Below are positions 1 to 11,603 of a stretch of 64,000 nucleotides of DNA, piece by piece. The translations under genes were made by a program, and so were the position numbers. Position 1 is the first letter of the stretch. Every line of letters begins with the position of its first letter. Below the pieces are notes generated by a model, which did no database searches, was not told where the DNA came from, and worked only from the letters and a program-made list of their open reading frames with translations. This stretch comes from Thalia democratica (Eukaryota): contig OZ241826.1 in assembly GCA_965202585.1 (NCBI GenBank), forward strand, positions 27,218,001 to 27,282,000, read 5' to 3'.

Positions 1-2860
1 CTAAAATACGTATTCTAACACTTGAAACTATATTAAGCTTTTAATCTTATATTAATACAAGTAAAAATAAAATAGTTTTTTTTTTGCAGAATTTAATCAT
101 CAACCTTCCTTTACATTACTTGAACCATCTGTGTATGATTGAAGTATTTGCAATAAACAGCTCTATAAGCAATATACTTGTGTTATTACCTTACAAACAT
201 AGCTTGTCTGAAAAAAACACTATTTTTTAGCATTTTTAAAATACATACTTAAGAAACAACAAAATATGCATAAAAAGTTCAACTATATATCTGTTGTATG
301 ACATGTTTCTTTTTTTTACTTAGTATAAAATTTGTAAAAATTTATCTACTCTTATTTGTATTAAAATCTTAAGTTATTCTAATAAAAAAAAATAAGTAAA
401 CTTAACCATGGCATATACCTCTCTTATAACTTATTTTACAAATTCAAACAGCATAAAACAATTATAAAGAGGTAAAGTATACATATAAACTTGTTACAAA
501 AAATACTAAACTTACTGCTTAATTATAAAGAACTATTTTATTTACTTAAATTAAAAACACTTTGATTCTAAAATTATGCTAGATTAATTTTTGTGTAATC
601 ATTACAGTTTAACTTTGGAAGTGTCTTGCTACACATCATCAAAATTAAAATGCTTACAAAAACTGCTTGTTCAATATGTTTAAAGAAAATTATTACAATT
701 TTATACAGGATATTTCATTAACTTTTACTTGATGAAGGCAATGGAAACCAAAAAAATTTGTCAATTTCTAGGAAAAATTTGCAACTTTTTTCTGACTTTA
801 AAATATTTTTAAATATTTTTTCTACCACTTGAAGGCTTTGAAAAACTAGGAATTTTGTGTATTTAAACTGACAAAATCTGACTATTTTTAATTTTGTGAA
901 TTTTTCTTACATTTCAGAATTTTTTTCAAAACCCCATTTTTTTTCCTGACTGTTCCTTATTTCCTGATCTTGTAACAACCCTGTCAAAAATATTTCCAGG
1001 TATCCAAAATTTCCTCCAAGTTTGTAAAAGTACACATTTTTGGGTCTATTTTAAGTTCAAAGTTAAGTTTAAGGTAATAAACTGAGTTAGATAATATAAA
1101 ACATTGTAAACATACTGTAAAGCTACTTTAAATTTATTTTATAATAAAAATCCTTGATGATGACAAAAACTTTTTATCTATTTTAAAAATTTTTTAAGTC
1201 AAATCAAAATTTTATTTTTAAAAATATTAAAACTTTAAAATTCCAGGTATTTTTCAAAGTTTCACAAATTTCAGGTCTAAATTGTTAAATTCAAAATTTT
1301 ACCAGGTTTCCAGGTAAAATGGCAATACTGAATAACACCATTAACCACAATTGATAGATAATTACATTTACGGAACTAAAAGCTTTATTTAATAAAACTT
1401 AGTGCAACTGTATATAAAACTAGGCATGTAATGAATGAACATTTTTCATACAGAGAACAGATAGAAGTACAAAAAATAAATAAAAGTCAATAATTTTAGA
1501 AAATAACTTAAACTGAATTAAGAAATGTTTATTTAAATCAAATATATAGGGAATATGCTTCAAAATGTATAAATTACTTTGAAAACTAAATACTGTAAAT
1601 AAAAAAAAATAGTGTTTTAATAAATGACTACTTTGAATAACAAAAAACAGAAATTTCTATTTGAACAAAGTTTTAGGAGCAGTAAGGGTGTCTAGAAAGA
1701 TCTTATCTACAACAAATGAGTATTGATAAAAGGCTATTGTATGCAAATGCAAACTTGCATCAGTAAAACACGTGACCTTGCAAGCTTTCTCTTAAATGCT
1801 TGGATGAACAAGAGCTTAAAAACTTTTATTTAATAAAAACAGTTATCAAATGCAGTTTTATATCCTGTTACACTTCCTCTTCTACTTTTGGAAGAGAATC
1901 TTCACTTTACTTCTCCTCTGCCTTTTAGTGTTTTAGAAAATAAACACTACACTTTCTTTATAAACAAAAAAAAAAGAAAGTAATACATATCAAAAGATAA
2001 CTTGGTCTAAAAACTAATACTAATGTTATTCGAAAATTTTTAAGTATACTAAATTTAAAAAATCAACTAATCTTTCATTCTGAGAAGTTTATATTTAAAA
2101 CAATATTAAAAATGTATTGTTTTTAAACCAGAAAAACTTAAATTTTCACTTCAATTTTTTATTTTAGTTTCAAAAATCAAATCAAATATGTGTTAAACCT
2201 ACTATAAACATTGCAGCATTTGAAACGGATTACAATAAAATTTACAAAAAAAAACTCAATTGTCATGCCAATCTCTTTAATAGTGACTTAAAAGAAATTT
2301 CTAAATATATCAGGGTGTTACTGGTCTTTGCTGTCTTACTTACAATTAGATTTTGTCGTTTTTTATGTGCTGTTAAGATTTAAGTACCTTACATAATTTA
2401 GTATGCTTAATTTTACTTAAAGTTGGTCAACATTTTTTTTGTGATTACTTGTAACTTATACATTGTCAATACTCCTGAGAATTGATTAGACTCAAACTTT
2501 GTGAGTTCTATTTTAACTGTTTTATTTTACAAGTTCTATAGTGACTTATGGTATTAAATTATACAGTTCTATTTTGGCTCTGTTGACATAAAATTTGTCA
2601 GTTCTTTTTTAACTCTCTGGACTTAAATTTTGTCACTTATATTTAGACTCTTATGACTTAAAATATTATTGTTCAAATTTGATTTTGTTGACTAAAAGTT
2701 TATCAGTTCTATTTTGACGTTAAGGGCTTAAAACTTTTCACCAATTTTAAGTGATTTACTACAAAACTATAACTCTGTCAACACCTTTTTAACTCATTTT
2801 TTCTCCCTATGAATTTTTGTCAATCCTAACTGTATGTTGACTCTATAACCCTCTATTGTT
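1..2860. repeat. Segmental paralogue of the far-upstream flank of the ART genes (direct copy of ~59600-62155, inverted copy of ~21590-24290)
   Basis: Colinear shared blocks, e.g. CTTGAACCATCTGTGTATGATTG at ~119 and ~59636; GGAAGAGAATCTTCACT at ~1889 and ~61447; reverse complements at ~24220 and ~22420. Identity roughly 80% by eye. Confidence 0.85.
2470..2860. repeat. Degenerate ~34-bp tandem repeat
   Basis: Recurrent (C/A)AGTTCTATTTT(G/A)ACT-like units at roughly 34-bp spacing. Confidence 0.5.
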
Positions 2861-3064
2861 TCTGGTTATGGTCAAAGTTTAAAGGGTTTAGAAAACAGCA
2901 AAAGGTAAATGTAAGTATTGCTTGGTAAACAAAAGATGTAAAATTTACTGTAAAATTTATCTAAATCACGTTTTTACGAACTTTTTTTTCAAAATGCCCC
3001 CTTTTTAGAAATAAAAAAAATATGGCTACCTCCATCAAGGTTTCTTATAAAGCTAGCATTAAAA

Positions 3065-5220
3065 ATGCTTGAGACCTTTTTTTTCATCATCATCTATAGT
3101 ATCTAACCTAAATTTCAAATCATGGTTTTCAAGTCGAAAAAAAATGTTCAATAATATCTAGTATAAGTTTCGAAACTACCTTTAAAGTCGCCTAAGACTT
3201 TTTATTCTTCTTTGTAATCAAATCAAAATTATCTAGTGTAAGTTTCAAATTATGGCCTTGAAGCCCTTTTACTGCTACTTAAAATGACCATATAACTTGA
3301 TGTTCTAAAATTTATTTTAGTTTAAAAGAAATATTAATTAAAGGAAATCTTTTTGGCAAACCTGAAAAACTTAACTCTGTTGTATTATGGAAATGAAGGT
3401 TTATTATATAATTAGAAACTTACTTCATTATTGAGATACTTTTCATAAAAACTATGACAACCTTTTTTTAAATAAGTCCGTTGTTCCCAGCTTAATAAAA
3501 GTAAAGCCACTCCTAGCCCTTAACTAAAAACGATTGACTTCATCTTTTAAGTAAATAGTAAATTCAGTCAACAATAACTTTATATACTAGAATTTTATAT
3601 ATAAGCTTTTAATAATTCATTTTAGACAATAGCATCTTTTAGAAGATCATATTAAACGGTCATGTACTTAAGATATTTTTCTCTAAAAAAAAACAAATGA
3701 CTCAGGAGTTGACATAGGCTTTACACAAACAATTACTATTTTTTTTTGTTAAATTAAGGCAACTTTTAACTTAATAATTGTTATTTAAAATTACGTTAAT
3801 TGTTTTTATAATAAAAATTTAACCCGTTTAGTTTAGATATAGTTTTGTTTATAAATTATCACACCCTAACTGTAATTAGTTTGTATTAAACTTAAAAGGT
3901 TTTTCTTGGTTTTATGAAGTTTGGTAATTGGACGAAAATATAAACTTTTAGTCTTATGTATCAAAATCAACAAATGACGATAGATAAATCAACAGTAAAA
4001 TCAAAAGTAGAGATTTAAGGTTTAAAAATCAGTATATAAAATTATTCGAAAACTTAATTTAGCTACAATTTTTTTTTTCATAAAATAATGTTAAGTAAAC
4101 TTAGATAATAAATATACTAATAGCATTATTTTCTATTAAACAGAGAAGTGGTTCCCAAAGTCTCAAATAGACGACAAATTAATAAATAATAAATTTTAAA
4201 GTCTTTAACTGATAACAAATTAATTAACAATAAAATAATTATAGTGCAATTCGAACTATATTTATCATAAAAGGTTTTTAGAAACAAACTTTTTCTAACT
4301 AGGTTCAACAATAAATTAAATTACAAATCGCTAGCCTACAAGGTAGTAAATTATAGACTGAGTTACCGTTATGTCAAAAATTTGAAATCCTTTTTGAAAG
4401 TTACAGGTTAAACTTAACATTTATTAATTAAAACTTTATTATTTATTTGTAACATGATATCAAACTTCATTTGATAACTCTTTAAATTTAATGAAAAATT
4501 TCAAGTTAAAGCTTTTGTTCATTCAAGCATTTAAGAGAAAGCTGGCATGGTCACGTGTTTTACATATGCAAGTTTGGATTTGAACACTGCAGCCATATAT
4601 AAATACTCATTTGTTGTTAAGGAGACTTTCTAGACCACCTTGCTGCTGCTAACACGTTGTTCAAATAAACATTTTCATTTTTTGTTGTTTAGTGTAAAGT
4701 TATCTTTTAAACAAAATAATTTCTTATAAGCAGTTCCAAGCTAATTTCCAAGTAAAAAGTTCTCAATTTAATTTATACTTTTTAATATAAACTACGAAGT
4801 ATGGTTTTTTTTTTTGTAGATTTTCTAGTGTTTGCAATTGTTCTTTAATATAAGATAAGTTAATTCATGTCATTCATAGTTTTATATAAGGTAGCCCTAA
4901 GTATTGTTTGATATAACTTTTAATTAGGTTAGTGTTATTGTTTATTTGTTCTTGGTTACAATAAAAGTAGTTTAGTCAAAGTTGCATTGCAGCAGTTTTA
5001 TAAGCAGTAAAGAGGTAACAGGAAGCCACTTAGCCAAAAAAGAAAATTTACACTAGATAATATGGAGTTGCTATTGAAGAGCATATAAAAAGGTCTTAGG
5101 CGTCTTTAATGGTAGTTTCGAAACTTATAATATTGGATTATGGAAATAAACTGGGGACCACAAGGCCATGGTTTGAAACTTATGTTATATTTTAGATGAT
5201 GATGAGAAAAAAAAATAGGT
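3065..5220. repeat. ~140-bp inverted repeat pair (3065-3205 / 5085-5220) bracketing a repeat-R copy
   Basis: AGTTTCGAAACTACCTTTAAAGTCGCCTAAGAC (~3166) vs GTCTTAGGCGTCTTTAATGGTAGTTTCGAAACT (~5093); TCATCATCATCT vs AGATGATGATGA. Confidence 0.7.
3340..4960 (-). mobile_element. Interspersed repeat family R, copy 1 (putative non-autonomous transposon, no ORF)
   Basis: Reverse complement aligns with 14060-15620 and 17750-19330 (e.g. GAGACTTTGGGAACCACTTCTCTG; GTAAAGCCTATGTCAACTCCTGAGTCA). Confidence 0.7.
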
Positions 5221-5236
5221 GTTAGCTTTCTTAGTA

Positions 5237-5460
5237 CAGTAACCTCTCGCATCTTTACGCACTCGTGACGTTACGCACTCTCGTTTAGTTACGCATTTTG
5301 GAATTCTAAAAAATTCGAAAACTACAATTTTTTTTTTATTGCAAAAATTTGGTTTATTGTATATTTTTTAATTAAAAATATGTTTTTAAATGCTAAATAA
5401 CCTCTCTATATCTTTAAACTTTGTAAACTTATGTTCCTTGACTAATTAATAAACATTTAT
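5237..5460 (+). mobile_element. Tc1/mariner-pogo-like terminal fragment (second copy at 29979-30220)
   Basis: Both copies start TA|CAGTA and share GCACT(C/T)GTGACGTTACGCA(C/G)TCTCGTTTAGTTACG. TA followed by CAGT is typical of Tc1/mariner/pogo ends. No opposite TIR located. Confidence 0.5.
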
Positions 5461-7780
5461 TTATACCTGATTATATAAGATTAAAGCACCAAATGCATAT
5501 AAAGTTTAATCCTAGCTATACAACATTTATGACTTTATGTTACTACAGTATATTTACTACGTTTTAATCTTAAATCTTCTATCAATAAAAGTTTTTTTTT
5601 TACTTTTTTGTCATGACGCTAAATAATATAGTTTTTTTGTTTGTTAACTTTATTCACAAAGTTTTACTAAAACTTTAAGCTACAAAACTTAAAATACCCT
5701 TTTTATACGAATTTCTATCAATAGTTGTGTATAAAATTGTGTATATGTAGTTCCAAGTTAAAAAAAAGATAAATAACAAATGGTTTAAGGGTTTTTAATA
5801 TTTACGCGTATTTCATCAATAGCAAGAATACTTATAAAATAATCGGTAATATTTTATTAAATTTAAACGATTTGTTATAGTTTTACTCTAAGTATCTTTA
5901 CCAGTAATTTAGGAATTTTTATAAAAGTCAAGTTTATGTTTAACTAAAGCAGTTTAAAAATTTCAATCAGTATCAAAATAGCAATAAAAAATTTTCTTTT
6001 TTTGAACGTTTATTGAAGCTAAAGCCTTAATTAAACGTTGATTAATAGTGATCAAAAACTAATGATTTTTTAGAACTACATCATTTCTACTTATTCAATT
6101 TTAGGCCGTAAATATGTTTGTTAGGCTTTAACAGTTTCTAATTAGCACTACCAGTAAAATAAGAGCTCCTTCGCTAAAAACCATTGAAAACAAACTACAA
6201 AAATTATATTTATAAAGTTGTTCGCGCTTTTCTTTGTTTAGTTGAGAATTACATTTTTAGTAAGTTACGATTGCTTTTTACTCTATTTTTTTTGTTATAG
6301 TATTAAAATAAACTCTTGGTTTTTTAAAATACTTTTATTTTAATTGTAAGTTATCATTTTTCAATGGATAACAACCCTGATTTAAATATTAAATTTTAGT
6401 TATTTAAAAATATGACAAATTGAATCAATGAAAAACATATGACACTTTTTTTAAACTATTTTAAAGTAAGTACAGATTTAAAATTGATAGGTACCAACAT
6501 AAACTTATATTTAAAAGCTTATATCAAAACTATATCAAACACAAACTGTTTCGAAATTTTAAATTTCATAACTTTAGTAAGTAGAATGTTAATAAAAACG
6601 GAATTAAGTAGTTTTTACATAACAATGTACGTAACAATTCATTTTAGAAAAATAAATATGCATTTTTATTTGTTACATAATAATTTAAGTTCTTTAAAAG
6701 ATAATTAAAAGGTCACATGACAATAAGTATACTATAAATTATTTAAATCTCTTGTAATTATAATTAATAACATTATGATAAAAAAAAAAATTGTCAAAAG
6801 TCTATTTAAGCAGAATCTTAAAAGTCCTTTTAATTACTATATTTTACGAGTTATTTTAGCCAAATTTCAAACAACGTTTAAATATTAGAAAAAAAAATTG
6901 TAGGTAACTAATAAGGTTGCAAAAACATTTTTTTGTATTTGTTATTTTTTAACATATGGCCTCTTAATATTTTTTTTTCAATTATTAATTATCAGAATTT
7001 GAATTGTACTAAATCAAATATTCGTGCACTGTATTTTATTTTATAACTTTTACCTTCGTTTTTGTTGTTAACTATAGGCAAAGTTTTACTTTTTTTTTTT
7101 GAAAATAAGTTTTAAAAGTTGTGTTGAAGCTATTTTACTAACCTTCATTTTTAAAACCAATTTTAGCATAAAACGCCAAAATAAGTCAAAATTGAGAAGT
7201 CAAAAAGGCATTCATAAGAAAATAAAAACACTTTTAGCACTACAAAGTTTTGTAAATAAACGTTTCTTTAAAAATTTAGTTTTCTTAACAACACACTTTT
7301 AACTGAACAATAACAGTGACATTATTATAGAAATACTTGTTTAACACGATTAATTAATCAAAATTTTAAAAATCTTACAAATTTGATTCATTTAGTCAAC
7401 TTATAATACCTTTTGCTGTTGAAAATTCAAAATACTAATTATAAAAGCTCTAATTAGTACTTATTTAAAATAACATAAACAAAAAAAGGATAATAAAATC
7501 TACATAAAGGTAGCGATAAAAATGTTTTTTAATCTAAAAATGACTATTAAGTAAATCGTTGAGAAACAATCTCATGCTTCATGTTTCACAAATAATACTA
7601 ATTATTTTAAGATAGAGTTTGTTTATAAATATTGTGACAAAACATAGTTTTAAAGTCGCTGTAAGTAAAATTTGAAAATGTTTCTCTGAAATCAAAATTC
7701 AAGCGGAGTTACACAGATTTTAGAAACATAGCTCAAAAAATCAAAACAATATTTTATGGTTGACTTTTAAAAATTTAAAG

Positions 7781-7915
7781 AAAACATCAGCGAAAGCCTA
7801 CATAGCCTATGCCTTGACCTTTGTATACCTTGAGACAAATCTCAGATACGGTTCGCAGTCCATCGAAAGCTTGTGGTCTGATGATCGAAGTAGTATGATC
7901 AAACCTTCATTTTAA
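7781..7915 (+). pseudogene. Possible piggyBac-like transposase relic (44 open codons)
   Basis: Translation KTSAKAYIAYALTFVYLETNLRYGSQSIESLWSDD loosely resembles the AFIGLL...QSLEELWS.D segment of piggyBac transposases as I recall it; the patch is GC-richer than its flanks. Weak evidence. Confidence 0.25.
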
Positions 7916-9279
7916 TAACTTTAGCATAAATACAAGCATAAGTAGTGTTATGATGTATCAAAATAATCACTATTAACAAGTCAACATGCAAAAGTATTCA
8001 AGTAGTTCTTAAAAGTCACTTAATTTTGAATACTTTTTTAATATTATTAGGGATCAAGAGTATCTCAAAAGTTATAAATGTTTGAACTTGCAAGCTAAGC
8101 TTATGAAAGATAACTTTTTGCAAAATAAAACTGTTAACTAAACTAGCTAATACATAATTTTAATACTAAGACAGTTAAATAGTTTTAATTCAAAATATTG
8201 TTGTTTAAAAACAACTTAGCGTTTAACTACAATTATTTATGTTTTTTTTTACTCTAAAAGTGTTTTAAGGTATACAACTGGTATAAGTGTTGCGCTGATT
8301 TAAACACAAAATTTAATGTAAAGCTTTAGTGATCAACACTGCTATTTTAAGTATTTTTACATTTCCTAAGCAATATATACATTACGAGTTTTTTTTTTGT
8401 TAACTTGAACAAACTCGTAAGTAGTTCTATTCAATGTATTATAGATAAAATAAAAACTTAGTTTTAAATTCTTTATCAATTTTGAACACTAATATTGAAC
8501 ACCTTTTCAACGCATTTAACTCTTTATCGTTGTGCAATAAAACAAGCACTAGTTTACCCATGTAAACGCCATTGCGACGTAGTTCTGGTTAAAGTTAAAT
8601 ATGTTTGCTACTACCTCGTTGTACAGCAAAAATTTTGCAATTAGCTCGTCATTCATCTGTTAAACTTTGTCCAGAAAAGGAGGCTTGCGCTGGCATTGTT
8701 TGCATACAGTGTTAAGACAGCTTGAGAGGATAAAATTAAATAAAATAAAGTCAAAGTTATCTTGTTTTTTAATATTAGCAATCAGTAAAAAAAAAAAATA
8801 CTTCTTAAAATCAGAAAAGCCTTAAGGTCAAAATATTTGTTTAAAAACAATATATTATCAGTATATTGTTTTTTAGGCTTTATGAAAAAAAATTAGTAAA
8901 ACAACTTTAGATTATTGATTTTGATAAATCTCTGCAATTTTATTTTCTACTTGTCCTTTAAATTTAACATTTAGTATATTTACCTAGTTTAGATATCACT
9001 TCGAAATTTATAATTATAAAATAAAACTTGTCGTTTGAGTTTAATAATGATATTTTCTTAATTAAATTAAATAGATCACTTAAGTACAATTTGAGTCTTT
9101 TCATTGTACCATTTAAGTAATGTCCTCCAAAATAAGTTTAAAAGCTTATGAATATTATACAAATTTCTTGGCATTGTAAGAAACAAGGCTTTTGTTTTAA
9201 TTAGATCAGGCCAACTTATTACTCAATAACTTTTTATATAAAAAACAATCAAGAAATTGTTGAAGCGACAAAATTTAAT

Positions 9280-11020
9280 GATAAAACATTTTTAAACCTA
9301 AAGTAACGATGTAATGACAGGTTGCGATCTTTATTTGTTAATGGTTATAATACCAACCAATTCCAACTTGTATGAAACCAAAAACGTCTCTTCTAAGTAA
9401 ACTATTGTATCTAAGTTAAAAACTGTATTACTAAAACTAAGCAGAACCGAGAAGAAAAAAATAGATATTATTTTGTATATGTGCTGATTAGCAAGTTTTT
9501 TTAACAACGTTAAACAACATAAATAAAGTCATTATACCCCGTACACCACCTAGAACGCTTCCCATTGTACAATACAACCAGAAAAATAGCTTTAATAAAA
9601 TTCTTTATTAGTGACTTTATTGCTTTATAACATTTTTGTTTACATCCCTCTTTTGTTCAACGTTTTAAACTTTAGTATGTCAAGTATAAAAAATGTTAGT
9701 CGTTGAGAGATTAGTAAGAACAACTTATATATTGTTTCAGCTATTTTTTAAAACTTAGTTAAAAACTCGCATGACTTTAAAAAATACAACGTAACTGATT
9801 TAAAAATAATATGAAATGACGCTATGGTTTCCATTTAAAAACTTTACAAAAAGTTTATATTTTCAAGTTTGAATCCTGAAGTCCTCAGACAAATAAAATT
9901 CGATTTTGATCTCGTTGAATTTTCACTTATTATATGCATACATTATTATGTTAAATATCACATTTTTTTTTATATTCTCTTCTTTAATTTGCGTTGTAAT
10001 TTGTAAAATGTTTTCAAACGTGTCCTAATAAAAACAAATCCTAATCAACTTTTAGTAACTTTAACCATAATTTATAAAGTTATGGACGTCGACGAATAAA
10101 ACTTTGAATTTTTATTTGTGTTTAAAAAAGAATTACAAAAACAGCAATAATTGCCAACATAAACATGCACTATAAGTAATAACAAAATAGCACTGTTCAG
10201 GTACCATGTACAGCATAAAAAATACATTAAATTTAGTCATTAGTAACATGTAACATTGCTTGAAATAATCCTGAAAACGTTTATTTGGAAAGGGAATATT
10301 TTTGTTTTTTACTCTTTAATGGTATTGTGAAAAATTATAAATTGTGTAATAAAAATGTTATACAATTTCAATCAAAACCTAGCCTTATTCATCTTTAAAC
10401 TAATTTGAAAGTTAAACATCACAATTTTGTTATACATTTTGTTACTTAATTTGTGTTGTAATTTAGTAAATGTATTAAACCATGACCTAATAAAAACAAT
10501 TCCTAGTCAATTTTTTCTACATTAATTTCAACCATAGTAGAAAATTACAAGACTGTGGAAGAATAAAACTTTCTAGCTTAATTTTTTTGGAAAAAAAGTA
10601 ACAATAAAAGTTATAACAGCAAAAAAATGCAATGTAAGTAGCAAAAAAATAGCAGTGTTTAAGTACTATGTACTAGCATAAAAAGTACATTAGCTTTAGT
10701 CTTCAGTAACAAGTTGTATAAGCTAAATGACATAGTACTTTACAATGCTGACAATATTAGTCTTACGTAGAACGCAATTTCGCTTGAAATGACCCTGAAA
10801 CGTTTAATAATCTGTCGTAGACATGACGTTAAAAACTGTTCCTGTGTATATGACTCGATAACGGAAAAAATATTTATTACACCAGGTCTTTGGACCAAAC
10901 TTTTAAGCGTTTTTTGTCGTTCAATAAACAATATTTTTGTTAAAAAGGGAAGAATTTAAGGTTGTTGATTTTTTACTATTAAAATGCATTACAAATTTAC
11001 ATATAATTAACAGTTTTAAG
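9280..11020. repeat. Downstream flank of ART copy 1, directly duplicated at ~30640-32038; contains an internal ~460-bp tandem duplication
   Basis: ACCAACCAATTCCAACTTGTATGAAACCAAAAA at ~9352 and ~30674; TACAATGCTGACAATATTAGTCTTACGT at 10741 and ~31762. Homology stops exactly at the LTR start (32039). Confidence 0.85.
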
Positions 11021-11603
11021 ACAACAAATTAATGTAAAAACATTTACTAACTAAGTTAAACTAAAAGTGAGTTGTTTTATTATTTTAATAAAAATACTAC
11101 TTTAAGAAATGTTAAAACTTATCACAAGTATTATTAAATAAGTCTAATGAGACTTGGCAAACTTTTCAGACAAAAACTCTTCATTAAAAAACTTGAGCTT
11201 GTCTCGCGGCATACAAAAGTTAAAGCTTTTCAAGGCTCTGAAGACTTTAACCGATGTTTTTGTTGATCATGTCAACTATAGACAGACAACAGTTAATTTT
11301 TTTTGGCCAAAAATCTACCATAGCTATAAGCAGTTAAGTAAGCCGGTTGGTGTAATAATTAACCTGTAAAAACTATCAAAAATTTGTTTGTTGGGAAGTA
11401 AAAAAATGTTTCATTTTTTTTCAAAGAAACCTGAGAATTTAAGAGAATATCATGTTAGTTACCATTCTAAATAATTATTTGCTAAAAAAAAACTGTATAA
11501 TAATAGTGAATAGGACTTTCTGAAAATTCAAAACAATAGTCACTTTTCAGTGTTTATCAGAAGTGCTGTTGTTTAAACTATGAAAAGATAATTTATTCAA
11601 AGT

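Larger units (their letters stand above)
1340..4960. repeat. Long diverged inverted repeat (arms ~1340-1900 and ~4450-4960) made of two copies of a dispersed repeat family
   Basis: AGCTTTCTCTTAAATGCTTGGATGAACAAGAGC near 1783 and its reverse complement GCTTTTGTTCATTCAAGCATTTAAGAGAAAGCT near 4511. The same motif recurs at ~13813, 13900, 14368, 17503, 17590, 18058, 22510 and 61333. Confidence 0.7.

Noticed and set aside
8500-8730. GC-richer patch with Cys-containing translations
   Set aside because: Stops in all frames and no convincing splice sites or motif; at most an unidentifiable relic.
4126-11369. Short AT-rich ORFs (4126, 6439, 7099, 10740, 11154; likewise 21445, 23020, 28276, 31540, 37606, 41686, 41924, 43507, 61758)
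   Set aside because: F/L/I/K/N-biased translations typical of random AT-rich DNA. Several lie in repeats whose paralogues are frameshifted (e.g. 10740-10931 versus ~31760-31950).
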